Source: Thraustochytrium aureum
Taxonomy: Eukaryota
Assembly: GCA_012862495.1 (NCBI GenBank)
Contig: BLSG01000140.1
Location: 1-43,652 of the forward strand
DNA length: 43,652 bases
Direction of reading: 5' to 3'
The translations under genes were made by a program, and so were the position numbers. Below are positions 22,296 through 33,451 of the stretch, piece by piece. Position 1 is the first letter of the stretch. Each line of letters opens with the position of its first letter. Under the pieces are notes generated by a model. It did not search any database. It saw only the letters and a program-made list of their open reading frames with translations, and was not told where the DNA came from.

Positions 22296-24088
22296 ATGGA
22301 GTTTCGAAGCGACCTGCGGCTGACCCTCAAGAGCTCGTGCGACTCGTGCACGGCGAGCAAGGTCAAGTGCAATGGGGAAGATCCCTGCTCGAGGTGCGTC
22401 AAGAAGGGCATCAGCTGCTTTTATTCGCCCAAGAAGAAGCGCGGCCCCGTGAAGAAGCGCGAGCGGGCGGCGCTCGTGGGCAACCAGCCCATGGTGGTGC
22501 AGTCTGCGCTCCACGGACAGAACAAACAGCTGTCCTCGCTGGGATCGCACGAACGGAGGTCCTGGTCCGTCTTCTTCACCCTGTACAAGCACTACGCGGT
22601 TTCCTGCTCGCTGTTCTGGTTCAACCGGCAGCTGCACAAGATGCGCCTCTACCTGGTCAAGCAGAACAAGACAGACGCGCTCAAGCGGCTCAGCAGCTGG
22701 ATGGACGCGCTCAACATCGACGAGGACGAGCTCGCACACAAGGTGGAGGCCTGCTCTCTGAAAATCCGCGAGTGGGGCAGAGAGGCCTCCATCAACGCGG
22801 AAAACAAGCCGAAGCAAATCGAGTGGAAGAGGGAAACAGTCGCGATCCTGAACCGAGGCAGCGCGCCGTTCCACCTGCGCGTCAACGGCGTCATCGACGG
22901 GAACGAGGTGTCGGCCAGGCCGCCCACAGCAGCCGCCAACGCGCTCGTCGGATTTGAGGAGGACGAGACGGTGCCGTACTTGAAAATGCGCGTCGACTAC
23001 ACAAGTCCGGCCTCCGACTCGGACGTTCACGTGAACGCCGCGTTCGAGGAGTTTTTCGGCTACGGCGTGACCGAGATCAAGAAGAACCTCGAGGACTCTG
23101 GCGGCGGGTTCCTGCCTTGGGCCGCGGACATCCTGAGCCGCGTCCTCGTCGAAGAGAGCGACCTCCTCAGCTTTGTGCAGATCATCGCCATCAAGTTTAA
23201 CAGCATGGGCAAACCGACCCAGTACCCTATCGTGCGCAACGTGCCCTCGGTGCACGTATTCAACGTCAACCACCGCCAGTCGAAGGAGAGTGGACCGGTG
23301 CAGTGCATTATCCGATGCACCCATCGTGAGTTTATCTCGGACGAGGACTCGAGCCTGGACGTGTTCATGTCCTTGCTCCGCTCGAGTCAATGGGGTCCCT
23401 CGGCCCGAAACTCCGCGTCGACCGCGAGATCGCAATTCTCTCGGACGATGTGCGGCTGCCGCCGAAGCGCGCCAAGCATGTCTCGCATACAGAATTCGAC
23501 GGATTTGACGAGATCCACGAGGCCGCTGGCTCTGGCCAGCACCTCGGCAACGAGCAGGGTTTCTCAGGCGCGGCCGGAGCGGCGCCCTTTCTGCCCCTGC
23601 ACCAGCACTCGTCGGCGCCGAACCCGCCCTTCAAGCTGCCTGCGGACAACCCGGAGGACAAGGGCATGATTTACGACTACAATGGCTTCAAGAGGGAGAT
23701 CGCGGATGCTTCCTTGAACGGCGAGTCGCTCATCCTGCCGCCCACTCTCTCCGCTGAAGACCCCAACTCGCAGCTTCACGACCTCCCGCTGCACGAGGAG
23801 CACCAGCAACACCAGCAGCTCCAGCATACCGACGAGGCAAGCTGGTTGCCGTCGCCCGAGCCCGCGCAGGGGGGCAGCTATCGCAAGGACGTGGACGACG
23901 ACGGGTCGGCAGTAAACTCGCCAGACCCCAACGCGGTGGGAACGGAAGAGGACCTGCTCGAGTCGCTGCCGTTCGTGGACAGCAGCGACGAGGAAGAGAT
24001 CTCTGTGAACGCCGACGACGGCGACTGGCTGGACGAGTTGCTGCGCTGGACGGGCCCGGCACTTGCGCCGCCGGAACAGAGCGCTTAG
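22296..24088 (+). CDS. Zn(II)2Cys6 binuclear-cluster transcription factor with PAS-like segment and acidic C-terminus; apparent frameshift ~23373
   Basis: 'SCDSCTASKVKCNGEDPCSRCVKKGISCFYSPKKKRGP' = CX2CX6CX5CX2CX6C. One extra T at TCCTTGCT joins ORF 22287..23669 to 23390..24088. D/E-rich tail 'DDGDWLDELL'. Confidence 0.9.
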
Positions 24089-24470
24089 CTACCTCGTGCA
24101 AGGTTGGCTCTGGACGGGGGCTGCAGCGAGCGCGACTCGCCCGCTTCGCCCGCTTCGCCCACTGGGCCTCTGAGCGAGTGCGCTCGCCGCTTCCAGAGCA
24201 ACGACATTGGTACTGTACCTACCTACAATGGGCTTTCTTTTTTTGACTCGTTCGCGCTTGGCTTTCTTTCACCAGTGACGCGCAGCGCCTCTGGCGCACC
24301 GGGCGTCTGAGAACCCAGACCGCATGCTTCTTCGCAATAAGGCGGGCTGACCAGAGCGTACCGGTAGGTAGGTAGGTGGGGGAAATGACAATCTGCAAAT
24401 TTATCTCGATCAATTTCATTCTTTTCATCGTCACGGTGGGCTGCTCCGCCTCGCACCCGCCCCCTTGCAA

Positions 24471-26289
24471 TCACTGCGAAAAGTTCTTGGAGCGATACAT
24501 CAGGATGCCAAGAGAAATGAGGCGAAAACCGATCCCGATGCCGGCGAGCACAAGGACGTAAAACCAAACGAGGTCTGCGTCAATGTTGTTGCGCTCGATG
24601 ATCGCGTTGCATCCTTCATCGGCGCAGCCGCTAAACTCTGTGAGAACGGCCAAGTTGACCGCGTACTTGAGGCTCGCAATGTACTGGATCCATTGGAGCC
24701 ACTGGGGAATCTGGTCTATTGCGATGAAGAAACCCGTGAACAAAAGCTGCGGGACAAGCACGAGGGGGGCAAACTGTTGGCCCTGCTTGGCGTCCGCGAC
24801 CGCAGCGCCCAACACGAACGCGTACGCAGAGGACGCGAGCATGGTCAGCCAAATCTCGAGCAGGAAGACCATAAAGTTGCCGTTGAAGTCGACGAGCCAG
24901 TACGCCACGGCAAGCGTGACAAAGGCAGTGAGAAAGTACTGTGGCAGCTCCACCAGGAGCTTGCTGAGAAAGTAGGGCGCCGCCGAGTACGTCCCGGTCT
25001 GGTACTCGCGGATCATGATCGCGCGCTCAAGCGGAAAGGTCAGCAGCGGGCCCTGCGCGCTGCCAAACATGGCGCTTGTGAGCACGAGGATGAGCGCCCC
25101 AAAGTTGGTTTGGTACGTGTATCCCGGGTCGCTCCGGTCGCCAGCCTTGAAGAAGATGACGCCGAACAGCAGGTTGAGGAAGATGGTCACGGCAAGCAGT
25201 GCGATGAGCGAGGCCTTGTCGCGCACCACGTTGCGGAACTCGGCCTCGTAAGCTCGATCGCCTGCGTCAGCATTCCGCTCGTGCGGAGGGGCTTGGAGAC
25301 GGGGACCACTCCCGCCGCCCCGGCCTCGTCCTTGCTGTCATCCCCGGGAGCTGCCCAGGGGTAAAGCGGCAGGAAACCTGCACGTCGGCGCCCTCGACGG
25401 TATCAACGTTATAGTGAGGCAGCTCGGCCGCGTCCAAAGTCTGGGCAAGGAGCATGACGTAGTCGGCCGGGTTGGTGCGGGTCGGGATCGGGTGGCCTGC
25501 AGCCTCGAAGGCGTCGGGTATCTCTGCGACGCGGCCGTTGTACATGACGGACCCCTTGACCAACAACATTGTTGTGTCGAAAGCGAGAAGACCTCGGCGG
25601 AGGGCTGGTGAATCGTGCACAGCACGCTGGTGCGGCCCACCTTTGCCAGCGAGGAGAGAATCTTGACCACCTTGATCGCAGAGAACGAGTCGAGCCCGCT
25701 CGTCGGCTCGTCCAGAAACAGGAGGGACGGTTGGGTGACCAGCTCAACGGCGATTGCGACGCGCTTCTTCTCGCCCCCGCTCAGCCCGCGCACCATCTCG
25801 CTGCCAACCATGGTGTTTTGCACGCCGTTGAGGCCGAGGGACTCGAGGAGGTCATCCACGATCTGCTTGCGCCGCCCGGGCGTCGTGGAGACTGGGAGCC
25901 GCAGCTTGGCGGAAAACTCGAGCGCCTCGCGCGCGGTGGCCGTGGCGAAGAGGTTGTCCTCCTGGAGCACGAACGCGATGTGGGTTCGGAACGAGGTCGG
26001 CTTGATCTCGGTCCCGTTCACAAACACCTGGCCCGTGACCTTCTTCTTGCTGCTCGTGACCACGCGCCCTGCGAGCACAGACAGCAGCGAGCTCTTCCCG
26101 GCGCCCGAGGGCCCCATTAAGGCGCACATTTCCCCGGCGTGGGCGTGCCCGGTCACCTTGTGCAGGATCTCCTTGTTCCCGACCGAAAACGTCACATCCT
26201 TCCAGGCCAAGTTGGTGTACACTGCCCGCTCCTTCATCAGCTCAAAGTTGGGCTCGAACCCGAGGTCGCCCACGCGGCCCACCTCGGGG
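24471..26289 (-). CDS. ABCG (White-family) half-transporter, NBD-TMD; 5' end in gap 26290-26534; frameshifts near 25581, 25350, 25243
   Basis: Walker A 'MGPSGAGKSS', signature 'LSGGEKKRVAIAVELV', 'FLDEPTSGLDS', 'CTIHQPS', ABC2 membrane domain 'FPLERAIMIREYQTGTYSAAPYFLSK...IPQWLQWIQYIASLKYA'. Confidence 0.95.
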
Positions 26290-26533
26290 NNNNNNNNNNN
26301 NNNNNNNNNNNNNNNNNNNNNNNNNNNNNNNNNNNNNNNNNNNNNNNNNNNNNNNNNNNNNNNNNNNNNNNNNNNNNNNNNNNNNNNNNNNNNNNNNNNN
26401 NNNNNNNNNNNNNNNNNNNNNNNNNNNNNNNNNNNNNNNNNNNNNNNNNNNNNNNNNNNNNNNNNNNNNNNNNNNNNNNNNNNNNNNNNNNNNNNNNNNN
26501 NNNNNNNNNNNNNNNNNNNNNNNNNNNNNNNNN

Positions 26534-26534
<1 letters not shown>

Positions 26535-26609
<75 letters not shown>
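26535..26609. repeat. (CTG)n microsatellite abutting an assembly gap
   Basis: About 25 perfect CTG units. Confidence 0.97.
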
Positions 26610-27638
26610 GTCCGAGTCGAGTGTTGTGGGTCTGTCTTTCGGGTGCCTCGAGACAGAATTCCACAACCCCTCGCTTCTCGTGGGCCGAAACTCTCTCTTG
26701 GGCGGGGCCAATGAGCTGCGCGGCTCTGCTCAGCGCGGGCTTGCGTGTCGGTGTCGGTGCAGCAGATTCGGTCCACCAGCTGCGGCGGTATGTACCTACC
26801 CTCGACAGCACGCCTCGGAGCAGTGAGGTCGGCCAAAGGGCGAAGCCGTGCATCGCGTGTCTGTCCGTGTTGCTGCCACTCCAAAACGCTCCGCAGTCTC
26901 CTCTTCGGGCTCAGGGGTGAGTCAAGGGCCATGTGGCCCACAGGCTGAGGCTGCATCTGACAACTTCAAGTGCCCTCGGTACTCTCTACCCTACCACAGC
27001 ATTCGTGGCAGACGTCTGTTCGTTTGGGACCTCTTGCTCGCTCTGCGCTGCGTCTGTTCGCTTTTGTTGCTTTTGTCGTCAGCAATCCGGCTTGCAACAA
27101 CGAAGGTCTGTTCAATTGACATCAATCAATCAAAGCGGCCTGAATTCTGCATTCTGTCTGAATCGACCCCGCGCCGCGCACGACGGTGATCTCATGCGCG
27201 TTTTGCGCCAACGCCGGAGAGCACAAGGCCTACTACCTACGCGCTGCATTCGTCGCGAGGGCCGCCATCTTCGCTAAGCTAGCAAGCACTGGAGTGGGTT
27301 GCTACGGAGTACTCCGCCATGAGCTGTTCTGACGAGCCGAGAGAGCCTCGACTCGACAAGAGCCAGGAGCCGTCCATGGCCCGCCGGCGAGCCCAGCAAG
27401 CACCCTGTCGCGCGCAAGTCGGCAGTCGGCGCGCGCGTTCACCATCACGCGGTCGGTTGCTGCTCGACCGCAGCGAAGTCTGTTCTGAACGGTCAAGACC
27501 TTTGGGCAGAGTCCTTTGGGCAGAGTTTGAAATTGTCTTGAACGTCAATAAAGAAAGAAGAGCAGAGTCGGCGGACGAGCAGACGCGGGACGGCGCGCGG
27601 CGGTTGTGGCCGAGGAGCGACGCGGAGGGCGCAGGAGA

Positions 27639-29109
27639 ATGTCGGCCGGAAGCGACGCAGACGCCGAGGAGGTCCTGGACGGCGTGGTCCTGCGCAAGAC
27701 CTGGAGCCTGCACCGCCTCTCCCCGCTGTACCTGTTCAAGCCCGACCGGCTAGCGAGGTACTCGGCGCAGCTCTCCAGGGTCGTCCGGGCCGCGTCCGAG
27801 TGGAAGCTGACCAAGGCCGAGGTGCAGCGGAGGGATCGCACTGGCGAGCGCGCCGGGGCGAGCCTGCGCGCGCGAAGGCTGGCGAACGGAACTGGGGTGT
27901 TCATCCAGATCGAAGCGGTGGCATTCTACGCCCCGAAGGGGCGCCAAGAGCAGCTCCAGAGGCGCCGTGCGGAGCGCGAGAACAGCAGCAGAAGCGCCAA
28001 TTCTGGCAGCCAGGACCACTCGGAGGACCAGGTCACGCTGCGCCGCCAGCGGACGACAGTCATCCTGTGCTGCCCCGGAGCGGACCCCGAAGCTTGGGGA
28101 GCAGAGCTCTTCGACTTTGATGGGCACGTGTCAGACTTTGACGACTGCGAGAGCAGCGACGAGGAGTCGCAGGGCGGCGCGAAAGGGAAAGAGCCGCGCC
28201 AGCCGTTCTCGCGGTTCCCGTTTCTGCTTTGCAAGGGCAAAGCCAGCATGGCGGCAAAAGTGCGGCTCTGGCTGCAGGACAAGTTCGACTGCAAGATCAG
28301 CGAAGCGCCAACGCCAGTGCCGCCACGATTTCTCGCAGAGATTGCGGGGGTTGCACTCGCGAGGCGCTCAGCGGCGCCTTCGGTGACCCAGACGCTGTCC
28401 TCGGGATAGGTGGCGGCGCAAATGGACAAGGCAGTAAGGGCGAGGACGACGAGGACGATGAAGGCGGGAGGGCGGAGGCAGCGATGAAGACCGCGACGAC
28501 GATGGCGATGACTTTGGTCGACGGGAGGCGCGCCGGCTGTCTGGGATGCGGAGGGAGGTCGAGCGGTCCAAGGGCGCCCAGCCCCTGGAGCTCTCCTTTG
28601 CGATGCCAGCAGCCGTCAACGCCGCAGGGCTGGAGACAATGCACGTGGCGATCCCCGGCCCGGCATTNNNNNNNNNNNNNNNNNNNNNNNNNNNNNNNNN
28701 NNNNNNNNNNNNNNNNNNNNNNNNNNNNNNNNNNNNNNNNNNNNNNNNNNNNNNNNNNNNNNNNNNNNNNNNNNNNNNNNNNNNNNNNNNNNNNNNNNNN
28801 NNNNNNNNNNNNNNNNNNNNNNNNNNNNNNNNNNNNNNNNNNNNNNNNNNNNNNNNNNNNNNNNNNNNNNNNNNNNNNNNNNNNNNNNNNNNNNNNNNNN
28901 NNNNNNNNNNNNNNNNNNNNNNNNNNNNNNNNNNNNNNNNNNNNNNNNNNNNNNNNNNNNNNNNNNNNNNNNNNNNNNNNNNNNNNNNNNNNNNNNNNNN
29001 NNNNNNNNNNNNNNNNNNNNNNNNNNNGCAAGAAATCAGTGCGATTGTAGTTGACGGTGCAGCTCAGCGCAGGCCGTGCCTCCGAGCGCCCAACGCCCTC
29101 AAAGGCTAG
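27639..29109 (+). CDS. CENPL: Centromere protein L (CENP-L/Iml3-like, CCAN); frameshifts ~28360 and ~28475, gap 28668-29027, 3' end uncertain
   Basis: 'LRKTWSLHRLSPLYLFKPDRLARYSAQL' and 'FSRFPFLLCKGKASMAAKVRLWLQDKFDCKIS' resemble the CENP-L motifs W.L..L(T/S)PLY.F and PLFL..G......WFQ..FDC. Confidence 0.75.
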
Positions 29110-29293
29110 GCACTCGCCAGAGGGAGAGGCCGACCGGCGTCTTGTCCGATACGCGCTAGCACAAGAAAAACAAACCTCAACACGCCCTGCAAGCAAGAAA
29201 TGCGCGCTGCTCTCGATCAAGAGCAAGCGAAAAAAATTAAAAGGGCAAAAGTACGAAGCAATAGTGTCGTTGGTTGGTTCGGCATGCGACACT

Positions 29294-29924
29294 CTATTCT
29301 TGCTGCTTCTGCTGCTCCTCATCCTCCTCCTTGGCCCAGCGCTTCTTGCCCTCGAGGTACTGCACGGCGAGCGCCATCCTGATCTCCTTGCGCGAGCAGA
29401 CCTTCTTCATCTCCTCCGTGATCGCCATCTTCTCGACGGTGGGCTTGGGCTGCACAACGGGCATGAGGGCACCGGTGAGCTGGGTGGCCGCACTGGTCTC
29501 CTCGACGCTCGAGTCGCCCTTGCGGACCTTGCCGGCCTTGCGCGGGAAGACGATGAGGCGGGCCTTGTACTCCTTGAGGCGCTCCGCGTTCAGGCGAAGG
29601 GACTCGACGCAGCGGTTGCGGCGGCGGTGGTCCACGGCGATGCCGATGGTGCGGGGCCACCTTTGCGCTGATGCCGGCCTCCTTGAGCTCATCCTTGGTG
29701 AACCCGCGGCCAGCGCGCAGCTTGGTGTTGTAGCGCTGGGTGGGGCACCGGACGGCGGGGCGCAGGAGCCCAGCGACGGGGCGCGGGGCGATCGCCTCGG
29801 CCTTGGCCTTGCGGCGCAGGCGGCGGCGGAGCTTGCGCGCCGGCTGGTCGAGCGTGACCTTGACGCGGTTTTGCCAGTCCTTGTGGAAGTGCTGGTTAGG
29901 CACCACATTGTTGTGCTTGACCAT
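29294..29924 (-). CDS. RPL13: 60S ribosomal protein eL13; +1 indel at GGGG 29653-29656
   Basis: [23 protein letters not shown]...[32 protein letters not shown], continuing in the other frame [38 protein letters not shown]. Confidence 0.97.
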
Positions 29925-29985
29925 CTTGCCGACGCGACTTGACCCTGCAACTCAACACGCCCTGCCCGCGCTGCGCTCTCCCTTC

Positions 29986-30040
29986 CCTGCCTGCCTGCCC
30001 GCCTACCTGCCTGCGTGCCTGCCTGCCTGCCTGCCTGCCG
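29986..30040. repeat. (CCTG)n imperfect microsatellite, possibly inside a 5'-UTR intron of RPL13
   Basis: cctgcctgcctgcccgcctacctgcctgcgtgcctgcctgcctgcctgcctg. Confidence 0.85.
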
Positions 30041-30345
30041 CCCGTCGCTTCTGCACTGCCTGCTTGCTGCTCCTTCCTTCCTATTGCTCCCCGCCACAGC
30101 CGCCTTCCACCCATCCACTTGTTCGCGGGTCCCCCTCTTGAACTTCAATACACGCCGCGCGCCCCCTCTCGCCGCCGCCCGCCTGCCGCGCACCTTACGC
30201 GCCTTATTCTATTGACTCAGTACGGACGTTCAGAAGTCGGCGGAAGCGGCCCGCATGCGTTCCGCGGACCGAGTATTGAATGTCTGGATCCATTCCTCTG
30301 CTTGCCTGCAGCTGAGCCTTGACGCGGCCCTGGATGTGCGAGGGC

Positions 30346-30391
30346 TAGGGTTTCAAAGGAACGGGCGGCGGCCAAAGTGGTAGGGTTAGGG
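30346..30391. promoter_or_regulatory. Telo-box-like motifs in the RPL13/RPS16 bidirectional promoter
   Basis: TAGGGTTT (reverse complement AAACCCTA) at 30346-30353 and TAGGGTTAGGG at 30381-30391. Confidence 0.5.
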
Positions 30392-30738
30392 CCTGCCGCG
30401 AGTTTGCGAAACGCATGCACACAACGAGGGGGCTACCGGGGCATTACGCGCCCGCGCGCGCGGGGCCCGTACTCGACGTAAGGTGGGCCTGAAGCGGGGG
30501 TACGGCGCGTGGAAGGTGCGCGGTGCCCTCGTGATGCGGGGCGTGGCGGGGGTAGGGTGCGCGACCTGCGGAACGCAAGTTCGGGTTAAGGGTTGGGGTC
30601 GGGTGGGTGGCGGAGAGGCAGGAGGAGGCTCGAGCAGAGCAGAGCAGCAGTAGCAGTAGGAGCAGCAGCGCGCGAGTGGAGCAGTTGCGCAAGGAGGAGG
30701 ATCTGCTGGAGAGTAGCGTAGCGTGTGTTGTCGGCAGG

Positions 30739-31448
30739 ATGGAGCCGAGCGCAAAGGACTCGGTGCAGGTGTTTGGCAAGAAGAAGACGTCGATCGCCGT
30801 CGCGATCTGCAAGCGCGGCAAGGGGCTGATCAAGGTGAACGGCCAGCCGCTCGCGCAGGTTGAGCCCCGGTCGCTCCGCATCAAGTGCATGGAGCCTGTG
30901 TATCTGCTCGGACAGGCCCGGTTTTCCAAGGTGAGTGCGGCGTTGTGGAGGTTGGTTGGCCCAGATGGAGCGGAGGGCTTGGCGCGGGTTGCGCGCCGCT
31001 CCACGCGCAGGCCCTCGGCTCAGCTGGCTGGCTGGCTGGCTGGCTGCGTTGCGGGTTCTGTTAAGCGGCTCCTCTTGGCTCTGGCTCGCCACCAGGCGCT
31101 CCCAGGCCAAGAGGGTGGTGTCCGTGCCTCTCTCGTTGCTGTTTTCGTTGCTGTTTTCGTTGCTGTTTTCGTTGCTAACTGCGCTATTTTCGCCCCGAGC
31201 AGGTCGACATCCGCATCCGGGTCAAGGGCGGTGGTTACACCTCGCAGATCTACGCCATCCGCCAGGCGATCGCAAAGAGCCTCGTGGCCTTCTACCAAAA
31301 GTACATTGACGAGGAGTCCAAGAAGGAGATCAAGCAGCTCCTCCTCGCGTACGACCGTTCCCTTCTCGTTGCCGACCCGCGCCGTTGCGAGCCGAAGAAG
31401 TTCGGTGGTCGCTCTGCCCGCGCGCGCTTCCAGAAGTCGTACCGTTAA
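30739..31448 (+). CDS. RPS16: 40S ribosomal protein uS9 (S16); exons 30739-30930 and 31203-31448
   Basis: [31 protein letters not shown]...[38 protein letters not shown]...[25 protein letters not shown]. Confidence 0.98.
30931..31202 (+). other. 272-bp GT-AG intron of RPS16 containing (GCTG)n and (GTTGCTGTTTTC)x3 repeats
   Basis: Donor GTGAGT at 30931, branch point GCTAAC at ~31174, acceptor CAG at 31200-31202; phase 0, restores the S16 frame. Confidence 0.95.
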
Positions 31449-31552
31449 GTGCGTATTATCATTCACTGCGAAGCATCTTCATCTGCCGGCTGCCTTTTCT
31501 ACATTTGCGCAAGGAGCTGGCGTGCGCCTTCTGGCAAGCACTGCCGATCGTG

Positions 31553-33175
31553 CTACAGTGCCAGCTGCAAGCGGACCTCGTCGTCGTCCTCCTCAGAGTC
31601 CGACGCTGGCGCTGCTCTTGCATCGGCAACGGTGGCGAGTGTGGCCATCCACAACTCGCGCTGCGCCATGCTCGTCGCCCCAAAGTACAGCGAGTCGCCC
31701 CACACTGTCTCTGCGGAAAACCGCATGTAAGGGTTGCGGCTGGCCCGGCGCGCTTCCTGCGGCTCCATCCGCACAGCTCGGAGGCTTGCCGGCGCAAGGC
31801 TCCACAGTTCGCCGCAATACGTGTGGGCGCCCCGCTTGGCCGGCACCATGCTCGAGTAGCATAGGAGCGCCCCGTTCCGCGTCAAGACCAGGTAGACCGT
31901 CTTCCACCGTTGTACGCTCTTGCCGTTGTGGCCCACCTCGACGCCGAGGACCTGCAAGTACCCTTCATGCAAAACATTGCTTGTCGAGGCAGCCTCCTCG
32001 CTGTTTTGCCGGCTCCATCGCCGCGGCCGCCTCGCCGAGTCCCGCCGCTTGCGACGTTCGTACGAGGCGTCATCGAACGCGCTCTCCTGGTGGTGGTCCG
32101 TTTTGAGATAGTTTTGCCGGAGGGCCCCGCCGCTGTGCTGCGTTGGCACGACGGCCACCAAGTCAGTGTTGTTGCCTCCATTTCGTCTGCGAAGAACCAG
32201 GCACAGAGCAACGGAGAGAATTGCAACCAGGGCGCCGCACCCCGCGGCGACCCCGATCATCCAGGCCTTGACGCTCGCAAATGCTCCGGGCGCGCTTGTT
32301 GGGCTCTTGGTGGGCACCGCTGTCATGCTGCTCGACTCGCTTGGGGCCGCCGTGGCCACCTCTATCGGCCTGCCCGTCGGCGCGGCTGCCCGAGATGGGG
32401 AACTTGTTGGGCTAGCAGCTGTCGGCTCGCGCGTTGGCTTCGTTGTTGGGGCCCGGGACGGCGGTCTCGTTGTGGGCGGCCGGGACGGCTGTCGTGTCGT
32501 GGGTGCCTTGGTGCTGTTCCCCGAGTCTCCATGCGCGGTTGGGGCAAGACTCGGCGGAACGCTCATCGTCGGGGCATTCGTTGAACTTGGCCCAGGAGCG
32601 ACCTGCGTTGGCGCTGCGCTTGGTGCTGAAGCAGATGGCACGGAAGGAGTTGGAGCTGATGGAGTTGGAGTTGGGCCTGAAGACGTTGGCGCTGACGAAG
32701 TTGGCGCTGACGGAGTTGGCGCTGAAGAAGTTGGTCCTGAAGCAGTTGGCGAAGAAAAAAATGGTGATGGGGTTGGCGATGAGGTCGGCGCCGTTGTTGT
32801 CGTGTTCTGACCGAATTGACCGTCGCACTCGCAAAAGCCCCACTGCATCCAAAGTCGACTGCTCGTGTTGCTGTACACATCCACTGTCGCGCACCAAGCG
32901 CTGTCCGGGTGGCCACCTTCTTCATCAAATCTCATCGGCAGAACGCCAGAGCTGCCAGGTATGCAGTCTTCATACAATTTGCCCATAAACTCAAACGGGA
33001 ACTGGCACGCCGCGCTGCCTCCTTGCACGAATGACTCAAACGTGCAATTTCTTCCTGCTCCATCAATCCACGTGCTCTGTGCCGAGCTCGGCAGAGCGCT
33101 CATGGCCAGAACCACCGCGGCTGTGAATCCATGCGCAATAGAAGCGGACGCTCTTGTGCAACACCGAGGCATCAT
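31553..33175 (-). CDS. Single-pass type I membrane protein: signal peptide, fibronectin type II-like domain, Pro/Thr/Ser stalk, TM, cytoplasmic PH domain
   Basis: '[15 protein letters not shown]...WCATVDVY...WGFC' (FN2). (TSSAP/PT)n stalk. TM '[24 protein letters not shown]' then RRR. PH '[11 protein letters not shown]...[19 protein letters not shown]...[18 protein letters not shown]'. Confidence 0.8.
   Translation of the reverse strand: MMPRCCTRASASIAHGFTAAVVLAMSALPSSAQSTWIDGAGRNCTFESFVQGGSAACQFPFEFMGKLYEDCIPGSSGVLPMRFDEEGGHPDSAWCATVDVYSNTSSRLWMQWGFCECDGQFGQNTTTTAPTSSPTPSPFFSSPTASGPTSSAPTPSAPTSSAPTSSGPTPTPSAPTPSVPSASAPSAAPTQVAPGPSSTNAPTMSVPPSLAPTAHGDSGNSTKAPTTRQPSRPPTTRPPSRAPTTKPTREPTAASPTSSPSRAAAPTGRPIEVATAAPSESSSMTAVPTKSPTSAPGAFASVKAWMIGVAAGCGALVAILSVALCLVLRRRNGGNNTDLVAVVPTQHSGGALRQNYLKTDHHQESAFDDASYERRKRRDSARRPRRWSRQNSEEAASTSNVLHEGYLQVLGVEVGHNGKSVQRWKTVYLVLTRNGALLCYSSMVPAKRGAHTYCGELWSLAPASLRAVRMEPQEARRASRNPYMRFSAETVWGDSLYFGATSMAQRELWMATLATVADARAAPASDSEEDDDEVRLQLAL
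32645..32750 (-). repeat. 15-bp coding tandem repeat encoding [10 protein letters not shown] mucin-like units
   Basis: gttggcgctgacgaa / gttggcgctgacgga / gttggcgctgaagaa / gttggtcctgaagca on the + strand. Confidence 0.9.
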
Positions 33176-33451
33176 TCCTCGAGCCCACGGGGGTCGCCGC
33201 GTCGCTCTGGACACCAATAATGTCGCGCCCAACTTTTCCGTGGCCAGCGTCTGACCCCCCAATCTGCAGCACGGCGAGGACCCGTCAGCTCCGCCGTGCA
33301 GCATCCCCATGTCTCTTTCTGTCCTCTTGATGCTCCTGGCCTCGCTGGCCTCGCTGGTCAGGGCTCTGCTGGTGGCGCCCAAGCAGCTCATCCACCGTCG
33401 TCCACCCTCGGCACCAACGGCAAAACGACCCCTGGCTCAACGCTCCCAAAA

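Noticed and set aside
21180..23435. 751-aa minus-strand ORF and other long ORFs crossing N-runs
   Set aside because: Length is inflated by X residues from gaps, and the rest is the antisense frame of real genes
26535..26609. Poly-Ala/poly-Gln N-terminus of the ABCG transporter
   Set aside because: Microsatellite next to a gap; frame and coding status cannot be determined
29294..29924. RPL13 (and other split genes) as pseudogenes or programmed frameshifts
   Set aside because: Both halves are well conserved, indels sit at homopolymers in many unrelated genes, and no shared slippery motif is seen
30607..32106. 499-aa ORF as an extended S16 fusion
   Set aside because: Reads through the canonical intron 30931-31202; splicing yields a normal-length S16
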